A DNA stretch of 32,000 nt from Mycolicibacterium smegmatis (GTDB taxonomy: Bacteria > Actinomycetota > Actinomycetes > Mycobacteriales > Mycobacteriaceae). The position numbers and the translations under genes are program-made. Below, piece by piece: positions 20,434-28,954 of this stretch (position 1 is its first letter; the number at the start of each line of letters is the position of its first letter). The notes below the pieces were generated by a model, which was given only the letters and a program-made list of their open reading frames with translations, searched no databases and was not told where the DNA came from. The stretch spans positions 6,870,001 to 6,902,000 of the forward strand of contig NZ_LN831039.1 of NCBI RefSeq assembly GCF_001457595.1. The letters are read 5' to 3'.

Positions 20434-20943
20434 TCAGTCGATGGGGGCGTCGTCGGCCGGTGTCCCCAGGTAGCGCTGGGTTTTCACACCGAAGACCTGC
20501 AGGACGGTGTAGAGGCAGATCATCGCCCCGGCCACGGGCAGCACCACGTAGAGGACGCTGCGCGGTAGTCCGGTGCCGGGCAGCGTCGCAAAACGGGTGG
20601 CCGCGGCGAAGCTGATGCCCTGGTAGATGAGGTAGAGCCCGAACAACAACGCCAGCAGTGGGCTCAGCCACTCGACGATCCGCCTCGTCGCGGGCGGGAA
20701 TCGGTCGACGACGAACGTCAGCGCGATGTGCGCCCCCTCGCGGAAGCCGAGGGCGGTCATGAGAAACCCGATCCACACCATGAGGATTCGCGCGGTCTCC
20801 TCGGTCCAGCCGGGCGTGCTGCCGAGGACCTGTCTGTCCCACACCTGCCAAAGGACCACCAGGAGAACGGCACAGAGACACAGCAGGACCAAGGCCTCGA
20901 ACACGGTGTCCAGCCCACGCCAAATCTGTTTCAGGAGTGTCAT
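20434..20943 (-). CDS. dctQ: TRAP transporter small permease (DctQ)
   Basis: MTLLKQIW..., 'TPGWTEETARILMVWIGFLMTALGFREGAHIAL' is typical of DctQ; ATG at 20943 inside the longer ORF. Confidence 0.92.
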   Translation of the reverse strand: MTLLKQIWRGLDTVFEALVLLCLCAVLLVVLWQVWDRQVLGSTPGWTEETARILMVWIGFLMTALGFREGAHIALTFVVDRFPPATRRIVEWLSPLLALLFGLYLIYQGISFAAATRFATLPGTGLPRSVLYVVLPVAGAMICLYTVLQVFGVKTQRYLGTPADDAPID

Positions 20944-20950
20944 CGTTCTC

Positions 20951-22105
20951 TCAGATCCTTGATGTCGTCGGGGCCGACCGTGCCGCCTCGCCGAGCAGGT
21001 GCCTGCGGTCCGGTCCAGCGAGCCCGAGATGGTAGAGATGCAGCTCGCGGGCCCCGGCCTCCAGAAGAGCCGCGACGTGCGGCCCGAACGAGTCCTCGGT
21101 GGTCGGCGGCAGCACGGTGATGTACGACGCAGGCACGGCACGCCCGTCGAGGGCCTTCACCAGGTCGCGGACCGTCTCGATCGAACTGCCACCGGTTGCC
21201 CAGCACTGCGATACCACCACATCGACGTCGTCGGCCGCCGTCGGCGTCAAGCCGGGTAGAGCTCCGGTCGCCCACGGGTCGGGCTGTGCGTGCAAGGCGA
21301 TCTCCAGCGGCGCGACTGTTCGCACGGCGTCGATCACTCTGTGCCGCAACATATCCGTGGCCGCATGCCGGATCGCCAGGAGCGTGTCCAGGACGGTGTG
21401 GTCGGGTGCACCGGCGCGCAGGCTCGCGACGATCCGGTCCGGGTCGAGGCCCCGAGCCCGCCAGGTGTCTCGGCAGGCAACGCAGCAGCAGATCGACAGC
21501 AGCCGTTGGGTTTCCGCGTCGTAGGCGCCCTCGGTCTTTTCGTGGTGCCCGCCGTGCACGATGCCGAGCTGGCCACAGGCCTCCAGCACGACCGAGGAGC
21601 AAGGCACGCCACGCACCGCCTCGGCAGCCAACGTGGCGGCGTACTCGCGCACCTCGGCTGACTGCGGGCAGAGTGCGTAGGGATACGGCTCGCCGAAACA
21701 GTTCACCACGGCCACATCGGGATTCGCCTCGCCGAGCCGAGTGGAGTGGGTCAGCACGATCCACGCGGCCACCTCGATCCCGGCGTCGATCAGTATGGCG
21801 GCGGCGTGGCCGAACGGGTCGTCATCGTTCACCCAATCCGCGGGCGCGGGCACCAGCCGTCGATTCGGCCAGGCCTCGGGGCGTATCGGCCGGTACAAGG
21901 CGGCGTGGCGCGCGGTGACCAGCCGGGTGCGCGGGTGCAGCGGAGTCGCGGCCCGGGTGGAGTGGTACGCCGCGGCAAGCGCGACCCGCGAGATTCCGAG
22001 TGCCCGGGCTCGGTCGACGAAACCCGGGTCTCCGATGACATCCCACGGATAGGCATATCCGACCACACGCGCCGAACCACCGGGCTCGCGATCGGTTGCC
22101 GTCAT
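20951..22105 (-). CDS. Uncharacterised conserved-looking protein (384 aa), possible TIM-barrel enzyme, first gene of the TRAP/uronate cassette
   Basis: Good RBS (AGGAG) before ATG 22105. Motifs 'YAYPWD', 'AAAYHSTRA', 'NCFGEPYPYALCPQSAEVREYAATL', 'HGGHHEKTEG', 'LSICCCVACRDTWRARGLDPD'. Confidence 0.85.
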   Translation of the reverse strand: MTATDREPGGSARVVGYAYPWDVIGDPGFVDRARALGISRVALAAAYHSTRAATPLHPRTRLVTARHAALYRPIRPEAWPNRRLVPAPADWVNDDDPFGHAAAILIDAGIEVAAWIVLTHSTRLGEANPDVAVVNCFGEPYPYALCPQSAEVREYAATLAAEAVRGVPCSSVVLEACGQLGIVHGGHHEKTEGAYDAETQRLLSICCCVACRDTWRARGLDPDRIVASLRAGAPDHTVLDTLLAIRHAATDMLRHRVIDAVRTVAPLEIALHAQPDPWATGALPGLTPTAADDVDVVVSQCWATGGSSIETVRDLVKALDGRAVPASYITVLPPTTEDSFGPHVAALLEAGARELHLYHLGLAGPDRRHLLGEAARSAPTTSRI

Positions 22106-22200
22106 CGTGCTCCTGAGTGTCGCGGGATACTCAACCGCCCTTATATGACGCGGGCCACATCACATTGGCACTCCGACAAATCGCTGTCCAAACCCAATTT

Positions 22201-22216
22201 CGCATCGATCGATACG
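22201..22216. promoter_or_regulatory. Near-perfect palindrome CGcATCGATCGATaCG, candidate operator
   Basis: 10-bp perfect core ATCGATCGAT with extended CG...CG flanks, in the intergenic region 22106-22287. Confidence 0.35.
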
Positions 22217-22287
22217 CTCATTGCATCAATTTGCCGGCACGATCCCCGGTGTTGGATCTGCAGTTCGGCGAGGAGTTTCCCGCGAGG

Positions 22288-23535
22288 TCAGAGCCTGCCG
22301 ACGATGCGCTCCGGGGTCACGCGTACGACGGTCATCGCGACATCCCCGTAACGGGCGGCGGCGTCGGCGTTACCCTCGGCGTAGGTCTTCCCGGTGTACT
22401 TGACTGCCAACGCATCTCGCAGTTGGTGGCCACCTTCGGTGTGCAGCGTCGCCTTGCCGTGAATCACGGCATATGTGTACGGCTCGTCGGGCGGGCTGAG
22501 CAGAATGCTCACCCGCGGGTCACGCCGCAGGTTGCGTTCCTTGCGGCTGCCTGTCGCAACCGCGAACAACACGTCGTCGCCGTCGCGGCCGACCCAGACC
22601 ACCGACTGCTGCGGTGCACCGTCGGGGTCGATGGTGGCCACCGTCCCGAACACCGGTGCGTCGAGCACCTGACGGAGCCGGGCCGGTGACACGCCCATGG
22701 CAGCCGACGCCAGCGAGCTCAGCAGCACGGTGGTCTGGTCGTACAACCGGTCAGCGAGTGCCGCGTCGAACGCCGGGCCGTGCACATCAATGGGCCTACC
22801 CTCCACGACCGCGGTCAGCGGCTCCGCTGGAGGATGATCCAGGATGTCGAGGATCGGCACGATCGCGTCTTCGACCGGTTGCGCCGTCGCGCGTATCTGC
22901 TCGATCCGGTCCGCCGTGGCCGCGTCGTACTCACCGGAGAACCCGGTGTTCACCACACCCGGGTGCACCAACACGTACCGCGTCTTCGGCGACACCCGCC
23001 TGCGGGCGAAGCCGACCCCCAGCAGATCGTTGAGCTGGCCGCCTTGGGCGAGAATGCGCTGCGGCTCGTAGTCGTGCTCGCCGCCCAGATCGTCCCAGCG
23101 GATCGAATCCGTGCCGCTGCCAGGGCCGCTCACATTCAGGATGACCGGCGCCTCGGCCGCGTCCAGCAGGCCCACCAAGCGGTGGCTGAGCACGAATCGG
23201 CTCAGGTAGTACAGCGCGAAGGTGTGCTCCAGACCCTCGGCAGTCACTGCCCGTGTGGTCCGGAAATGCCGAGCGCACAGCACCAGTCCGTCGATCTCGG
23301 AGATGCAGTTGCCGATCTCGTCGATCGCTCGGCGGGTCTGGCTCACCAGGCTGAGGTCGGCGACCACGAAGTGCGCCCGGTCGACAGCACCGATATCGGC
23401 CGCGGAATCGAGGAATGCCTGGCCTTTCGCGGTGTCACGCCCGATCACCACGACCTCATGTCCGAGCTTCAACCGGTTCGCCGCAATCGCCTTGCCGATG
23501 CCGTCGGTACCACCGGAAATGACAAACGTCCCCAC
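22288..23535 (-). CDS. Fusion: atypical short-chain dehydrogenase/reductase + C-terminal PPOX-class (FMN/F420-type) domain
   Basis: N-terminal 'VISGGTDGIGKAIAANRLKLGHEVVVIGR'; C-terminal 'APVFGTVATIDPDGAPQQSVVWVGRDGDDVLFAVATGSRKERNLRRDPRVSILL' is PPOX split-barrel-like. Confidence 0.87.
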   Translation of the reverse strand: MGTFVISGGTDGIGKAIAANRLKLGHEVVVIGRDTAKGQAFLDSAADIGAVDRAHFVVADLSLVSQTRRAIDEIGNCISEIDGLVLCARHFRTTRAVTAEGLEHTFALYYLSRFVLSHRLVGLLDAAEAPVILNVSGPGSGTDSIRWDDLGGEHDYEPQRILAQGGQLNDLLGVGFARRRVSPKTRYVLVHPGVVNTGFSGEYDAATADRIEQIRATAQPVEDAIVPILDILDHPPAEPLTAVVEGRPIDVHGPAFDAALADRLYDQTTVLLSSLASAAMGVSPARLRQVLDAPVFGTVATIDPDGAPQQSVVWVGRDGDDVLFAVATGSRKERNLRRDPRVSILLSPPDEPYTYAVIHGKATLHTEGGHQLRDALAVKYTGKTYAEGNADAAARYGDVAMTVVRVTPERIVGRL

Positions 23536-23580
23536 TGACTGACTCCCTTGTCCGCGACCCCTTTACGGGAGCTACATGGA

Positions 23581-24513
23581 TCAGGGGTGATCTATTCCGG
23601 GCCGGGTGCCGTGTCGGCGAGCACGGGCCCGGACTGCCTCGTCGAGCAGCGTGTCCGCCAATCGTGCCGTTGCCGGCGTCATGCGATCAGCCGGCGGCGA
23701 GGCCAGGTACACCTGCCATATCACCGCGATCTCCAACGTCACGGCGGTCAGATTGCCGAGTCGACGGGCTTCGGATGCCGGCATGAGTGCCGTGCCGAGG
23801 CCATTGGCGACCAGGTCGGCGACGGCGGCGAAGCCCGCGGGAACCTCATACTGGGTGCGCGCCTGCACCCCCGCCGCACGGAACGCATCGTCGGTCAGAC
23901 GGCGCAGTCCGAACTCTGGAGGAAATCCCACGAGATCCTCGGTTCCGAGTACATCCAGGCTTACGCGTCGTCGCCTTGCGACCGGGTGGTCGGGTCGGCA
24001 GACGAACACCATCGGCTCCTCGAACAGCAGCCGCATCTCGAGTTGTGGTGGAAATCGGTTGGGTACGGAGATCAGCGCCAGGTCCAGGGATCCTTCGATC
24101 AAGGCGGACAGGTACGCGGAGGCACCGGATTGGCTCAGCCGTAGGCGTAGCCGAACGTGCGGGTGTGCGCGGTGAAAGTCACCGAGCGCACGGGCCACGT
24201 CCATCGGACCGAAGGAGATCAGCGAGCCGAAATCGACTGTGCCCGAGAGTTCACCGCGAAATTCGCTGACCACGTCAACAGCATTTCGGGCTTCGCGCAG
24301 CACGCCGAGGGCGTATGTACGGAACCGGTCCCCCGCGGCGGTGAGGCTGATTTGCTGCCGTGTGCGGTCGAAGAGTTCGACCCCGAGTTCGCGTTCCAGT
24401 TTGGCCACTGAACTCGACAGTGCCGATTGCACGACATGCACACGCTGGGCGGCGCGGGTGAAGCTCAGCTCCTCGGCAACGGCGACGAAGTGTTCCAACT
24501 GTCGCAACTCCAT
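23581..24513 (-). CDS. LysR-family transcriptional regulator
   Basis: 'MELRQLEHFVAVAEELSFTRAAQRVHVVQSALSSSVAKLERELGVELFDRTRQQISLTAAG'. Track ORF starts at GTG 24522; ATG 24513 preferred. Confidence 0.93.
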   Translation of the reverse strand: MELRQLEHFVAVAEELSFTRAAQRVHVVQSALSSSVAKLERELGVELFDRTRQQISLTAAGDRFRTYALGVLREARNAVDVVSEFRGELSGTVDFGSLISFGPMDVARALGDFHRAHPHVRLRLRLSQSGASAYLSALIEGSLDLALISVPNRFPPQLEMRLLFEEPMVFVCRPDHPVARRRRVSLDVLGTEDLVGFPPEFGLRRLTDDAFRAAGVQARTQYEVPAGFAAVADLVANGLGTALMPASEARRLGNLTAVTLEIAVIWQVYLASPPADRMTPATARLADTLLDEAVRARARRHGTRPGIDHP

Positions 24514-24523
24514 ACCGAACACT

Positions 24524-24538
24524 ATCTCTCTGAGAGAT
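24524..24538. promoter_or_regulatory. Perfect inverted repeat ATCTCTC-t-GAGAGAT containing a LysR-type T-N11-A box (24525-24537)
   Basis: Arms read directly between the LysR start and the divergent hydrolase gene. Confidence 0.7.
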
Positions 24539-24595
24539 GACCCTTATCTAAAACAATCGCTGGACTTGATGACACGACAGCGATGTGCTGGAGGC

Positions 24596-25657
24596 ATGAA
24601 CACAACACCGTTCGGTGACGTCGCCGGCTTCCGCGTGAGCAGAAGGCAGTTCGGCCGCATCAGCGCGATCACCGCCGGCGTGGCCACCTTGGCGGCATGT
24701 GGGTCCCCGTCGGCCCCGCAGGCGCCGACCCCTCCGTCGACGCCGGCACACGTTCTGGGCCAGGTCAATCAGCTGACTGCCGGCGATCTCGATGTCGGCT
24801 ACGTGGAAGCCGGCCCTGCCACCGGCCAACCCGTCATCCTCCTGCACGGCTGGCCCTACGACATCCACAGCTACGCCGACGTTTCGGCGCTGCTGGCCGC
24901 CCAGGGGTTCCGCGTCATCGTGCCCTATGCGCGGGGCTTCGGATCCACACGGTTCCTGTCGAAGGACACCCTCCGCAACGGACAGCAGGCCGCACTGGCG
25001 CACGACGTGCTGGCGCTGATGGATGCACTGGACATCCGGGACGCGATCCTGGCCGGATACGACTGGGGTGGACGCACCGCCAACGTGGTGGCCGCTCTGT
25101 GGCCGCAGCGCTGCAGCGGCCTGGTCGCCGTCAGCGGCTACATTGTCGTCAACCTCGCGAGCAATCTGCAGCCGCTGGCCCCACAGGCCGAGCACGGCTG
25201 GTGGTACCAGTACTACTTCGCCACACCGCGCGGTGAACGCGGCTACCGGGAGCACACCCGCGACTTCAACCGGCTGATCTGGCAGCTCGCCTCCCCGGCT
25301 TGGCAATTCAGTGACGAGGCCTACGCACAGAGCGCGGCGTCGTTCGACAACCCCGATCACGTGGAGATCGTCATCCACAACTACCGCTGGCGCCAGAGCC
25401 TGGCTGCCGGCGAACCCCGCTTCGACGCCGACGAGCAACGCCTCGCCGAGCGGCCACCCATCGTCGTCCCCACCATCACCATCGGCAGCGACTTCGATGG
25501 CGCTGCCAAGGACGGCGCAGCGTATCGCGCGCTCTACACCGGCTGGCACCAGCATCGAGTTCTCGACGGCATCGGCCACAACGTGCCACAGGAGGCACCC
25601 GAGGCCTTCGCCGCGGCCGTCGTCGACGTCCACGCCCAGAGAGGCAGCCACCGATGA
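24596..25657 (+). CDS. Alpha/beta hydrolase (haloacetate dehalogenase / epoxide-hydrolase-like), exported Tat lipoprotein
   Basis: 'VSRRQFGRISAITAGVATLAACG' (RR motif and lipobox), 'VILLHGWPYDIHSYADVSALL', 'ILAGYDWGGRTANVVAALWPQRCSGLVAVSGY'. Track ORF starts at 24239; the signal-peptide start ATG 24596 is preferred. Confidence 0.88.
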   Translation: MNTTPFGDVAGFRVSRRQFGRISAITAGVATLAACGSPSAPQAPTPPSTPAHVLGQVNQLTAGDLDVGYVEAGPATGQPVILLHGWPYDIHSYADVSALLAAQGFRVIVPYARGFGSTRFLSKDTLRNGQQAALAHDVLALMDALDIRDAILAGYDWGGRTANVVAALWPQRCSGLVAVSGYIVVNLASNLQPLAPQAEHGWWYQYYFATPRGERGYREHTRDFNRLIWQLASPAWQFSDEAYAQSAASFDNPDHVEIVIHNYRWRQSLAAGEPRFDADEQRLAERPPIVVPTITIGSDFDGAAKDGAAYRALYTGWHQHRVLDGIGHNVPQEAPEAFAAAVVDVHAQRGSHR

Positions 25658-26619
25658 ATGATCGGGCCGGCGCGGGTCACGGGCTCCGCCCACTGATGGC
25701 CCTGTTGTCCAACCGGGTGGTGGCCGACGCACTGGCCCGAACGTTCGCCGCGACGGTCAATCCGGCACCCAAACCCGGAGTTCGCTTCTCGGACATCACC
25801 TGCCGCACATCAGATGCCGCGATCCCGACGCGGCACGGGACTGTCTTCGCTCGCATCTATCATCCGCCCGCAGCGGGGGCCACGTCGGCGGTGTACGTCA
25901 ATGTCCACGGTGGCGGCTTCGTCGTCGGTCACCCGGAACAAGACGACCCGTGGTGTCGTTACCTCGCCACTCACGCCGAAGTCGTGGTGGTCAACCCAGA
26001 CTATGTATTGGCTCCCCGGCACCGATTTCCCGCGGCCTCACAACAAATCTACGACGTCGTGTGCTGGGCGGCCGCTCCCGACCGGGACTGGGACGGCAGC
26101 CGCATATGCGTCGGTGGACAGAGCGCGGGCGGCAACCTCAGCGCCGCGGCCGCGCGACTGGCCTTGCGACACGGCACGCCCCGCATCTCGCTGCAGGTCC
26201 TGCACTACGCGCCGCTCGACCTCGTGACACCCACGCGTGACAAACCTTCCACCATCGGGCGCCGGGCCGTCATGAAACCGTGGATGGGCGAGGTGTTCGA
26301 CACCGCCTACATCCCTGACCCGGCACAGCGGCGCGATCCGCTGGCGTCACCCGCCTGGGACCAGGCCACCGACGACCTCTCCGGTATCGCCCCGGCTGTG
26401 GTCGTGACGGCCGAATTCGACCGGTTACGCAATGAGGCACGGACGTACGCCGAGCGGCTCCGGTCGTTCGGCGCGTTGCGGGAGTATATCGAAGTGCCCG
26501 ACGTGGACCACGGGTACAACATCATGACCAACGCGACCGATGTGACTCGCGGTGTCTATGACCGCGTCGCGCACCATGTGCGACGCGCAACCGAGGGCGG
26601 CGGTCAGGGCCGCTCGTAG
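25654..26619 (+). CDS. Alpha/beta hydrolase fold-3 (HSL/lipase-esterase family)
   Basis: 'VYVNVHGGGFVVGHPEQDD', 'ICVGGQSAGGNLSAAAARLALRHG', 'EYIEVPDVDHGYN'; ATGA overlap with the upstream gene. Confidence 0.9.
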   Translation: MNDRAGAGHGLRPLMALLSNRVVADALARTFAATVNPAPKPGVRFSDITCRTSDAAIPTRHGTVFARIYHPPAAGATSAVYVNVHGGGFVVGHPEQDDPWCRYLATHAEVVVVNPDYVLAPRHRFPAASQQIYDVVCWAAAPDRDWDGSRICVGGQSAGGNLSAAAARLALRHGTPRISLQVLHYAPLDLVTPTRDKPSTIGRRAVMKPWMGEVFDTAYIPDPAQRRDPLASPAWDQATDDLSGIAPAVVVTAEFDRLRNEARTYAERLRSFGALREYIEVPDVDHGYNIMTNATDVTRGVYDRVAHHVRRATEGGGQGRS

Positions 26620-27143
26620 ACCCCGGTCAGTGTGCCGCGAGCCGTCACGTAGCGGCGGATCGCGTGCAGGAGTTGCCCTTTGGTCTCGACGGTGGCAGGC
26701 ACCGGACTGCCCAGCGCGAACAGGTGGAAGCGGTAGTGGTGGCAACCGTGGCCCGGTATCGGGCGCGGCCCTGAATATCCCCTCCCGAGTGGGGTTTTCA
26801 GGAACCGGATATCGGCGCTGGTGGGTTGCAGTGCGCCCGCGTCGATGTGGTCACGCTGGGGATCGAGAATCGCGATCGTGTGTATCAGCGGCCGGGGCAG
26901 CGGTACGTCGTCGTCTTCCATGATCAGCACCAGCGCCGCCGTGCCATCGGGAACGCCGGTCCAGCGCAGGTCTGGGGACTGGTTGTCCCCCACGCCTCTA
27001 CCGGCACATTTGAGCGGCATGCTCCCGCCATCGTCGAAGGCGTCGCTCGTGACGACGATGGTCTCGGGAACGCCGATCCCCGCCAGAACGCTGCGGTGAT
27101 TACCGGCACGAGCTTTGCGCAGCAGGCGGCCGAGGGTGGTCAT
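26604..27143 (-). CDS. YbhB/YbcL-type phosphatidylethanolamine-binding (Raf-kinase-inhibitor-like) protein
   Basis: '[40 protein letters not shown]...IHTIAI...[23 protein letters not shown]' is a PEBP signature; ATG 27143. Confidence 0.87.
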
Positions 27144-27706
27144 GCGCCGCCACCTGATCCGGCCACAGCCACCGCGGCTGAGCGCAACGTCTCGGCGAGT
27201 TCGGCCGGCAGATATCCCCGCTCGGCCAGCCGGGGCAGCACACCTCCGCCGGCGAGGATGTCGAGGATCAGGTCGGGCAGCACGGGAACCGTGCCACCGG
27301 CGCCGGTGGTGTCGTTGTGCCATTCGCCGGTGCCCAGATCGAAGGTTCCGATGTCGCCGTCGGAGAAGGCTTCTGTGACGCCAGGGACGGTCATGGCCGG
27401 AAGGCCCGCGTTGACGGCGTTGCGGAAGAACAACGAGTTGAACTCCTCAGCCACGAGCGCGGCGACCCCGAGCTCGTTGAACAGCGCGGCCACCGGACGC
27501 GAGGACCCGAGCCCGAAGTTGTTGCCGGCCACCACAATGTCACCTCTCTGGACCTCATCGGTCCAGCCGGGCCGCACCTGGTAGAAGACCATCTTCGCCG
27601 CCGCGGCCACGTCGAGCTTCATGGCGTCGGGCGGGTACATGGCGTCGGTGTTGAGACTGTCGCCGAACACCCAGACCCGTCCGGTCACTGTGAGACCTGT
27701 AGTCAC
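27140..27706 (-). CDS. Aconitase/3-isopropylmalate dehydratase-family small subunit (LeuD-like)
   Basis: '[17 protein letters not shown]', '[46 protein letters not shown]'. GTG start at 27706 overlaps the stop of the large subunit. Confidence 0.88.
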
Positions 27707-28953
27707 TGGGCCACAACCTTTCTGGCATCGGTGATGTGGCCGGCCACCGCGGAGGCCGCGACGGTGGCCGGTGAGGCCATGTAGATCTCGGCCTCGGTCG
27801 AGCCCATGCGGCCGGTGAAGTTGCGGGTGCTTGAGGTCAGGCAGACTTCGCCGGGCCCGACGACGCCCATGTGATACCCGAAGCACGCGCCGCAGGTGGA
27901 ATTGGTGATCACGGCGCCGGCGTCGGCGATGTCCTGCAGGTAGCCCAGCCGCATCGCGTCGCGGTAGACCTGCTGGCTGGCCGGGGTGACGATCAGGCGC
28001 ACACCTGGCGCGACGCGACGCCCGCGCAGGATCTCGGCGGCGATACGCAAGTCGTCGAGCTGTCCGTTGGCACACGAACCGATGAACGCCTGGTCGATCT
28101 TGCGGGGCTCGACCTCGTCGACCGGAACTCCGTTGCGCGACACCGTTCCCGGGCGCGCGACGTAGGGTGCGAGCGCGGACAGATCGATCTCGCGGACCGC
28201 GGCATAGGCGGCGTCGGGATCCGCGTGTGCCGGTTCGTAGCTGGTGATGCCCAGGTCGTCGAAGTGCTCGGCGAGGACATCGTCGTAGGCGAAGGTGGAG
28301 AAGTCGGCCGAGATCTCGGCGCCCTGGGTGGCGATCGTGCGGCGATCATTGAGTGGGATCGACGCCAGCCCGGGTCCTCCGTATTCCAGGTTCGAGTTGG
28401 TGGCATCGCCGAAGGCGTCGGCGATGTACAGGAAAACGTCCTTGCCGCTGACGCCGGCCGGCATCGAACCGATCAGTTCGTAGCGGATCGTGGGGCTCGC
28501 CTGAAACCAGGTTTGCCCCGTACACAGGATCGAATACACCTCGGCGGGGCCCAGGCCGCGTGCGGCGGTGTTGAAGGCGCCGCCCGCGCAGGTGTGGCTG
28601 TCGGTGCAGGCGAGGATCTCGCCAGGGCGGGCGAGCCCGTTCTCGGCGATCACCTGATGGCAGATGCCGTGCCGGCCAACGTCATAGAAGCGTTCGATGC
28701 CGTAGTCGTTGGCGAACTTGCGGGCGTTGGGTCCGCCCGCGGCGTCCTTGATGGTGGGCGCCGGTACGGCATGGTCCATCACGATGGCGACCTTGGAGGC
28801 GTCGTTGATCTTCAGCGGTTGCATCCACATGGTGGCGAACTGCAGGTCGATCAGGACGGTCATGTCCACCTCGACGGTGACGATCTCACCGGCATGGACC
28901 TCGGCGACGCCCGCTTTACGGGCCAGGATCTTTTCGATCATGGTCATGCCCAT
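27703..28953 (-). CDS. Aconitase/3-isopropylmalate dehydratase-family large subunit (LeuC-like hydro-lyase)
   Basis: '[20 protein letters not shown]', '[20 protein letters not shown]', '[36 protein letters not shown]' ([4Fe-4S] cysteines). Confidence 0.93.
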   Translation of the reverse strand: MGMTMIEKILARKAGVAEVHAGEIVTVEVDMTVLIDLQFATMWMQPLKINDASKVAIVMDHAVPAPTIKDAAGGPNARKFANDYGIERFYDVGRHGICHQVIAENGLARPGEILACTDSHTCAGGAFNTAARGLGPAEVYSILCTGQTWFQASPTIRYELIGSMPAGVSGKDVFLYIADAFGDATNSNLEYGGPGLASIPLNDRRTIATQGAEISADFSTFAYDDVLAEHFDDLGITSYEPAHADPDAAYAAVREIDLSALAPYVARPGTVSRNGVPVDEVEPRKIDQAFIGSCANGQLDDLRIAAEILRGRRVAPGVRLIVTPASQQVYRDAMRLGYLQDIADAGAVITNSTCGACFGYHMGVVGPGEVCLTSSTRNFTGRMGSTEAEIYMASPATVAASAVAGHITDARKVVAQ

Positions 28954-28954
28954 G

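Noticed and set aside
18923-20923. Long minus-strand ORFs (281 aa and 379 aa) in alternate frames over the TRAP genes
   Set aside because: Arg-rich alternate-frame translations; DctM and DctQ frames are clear.
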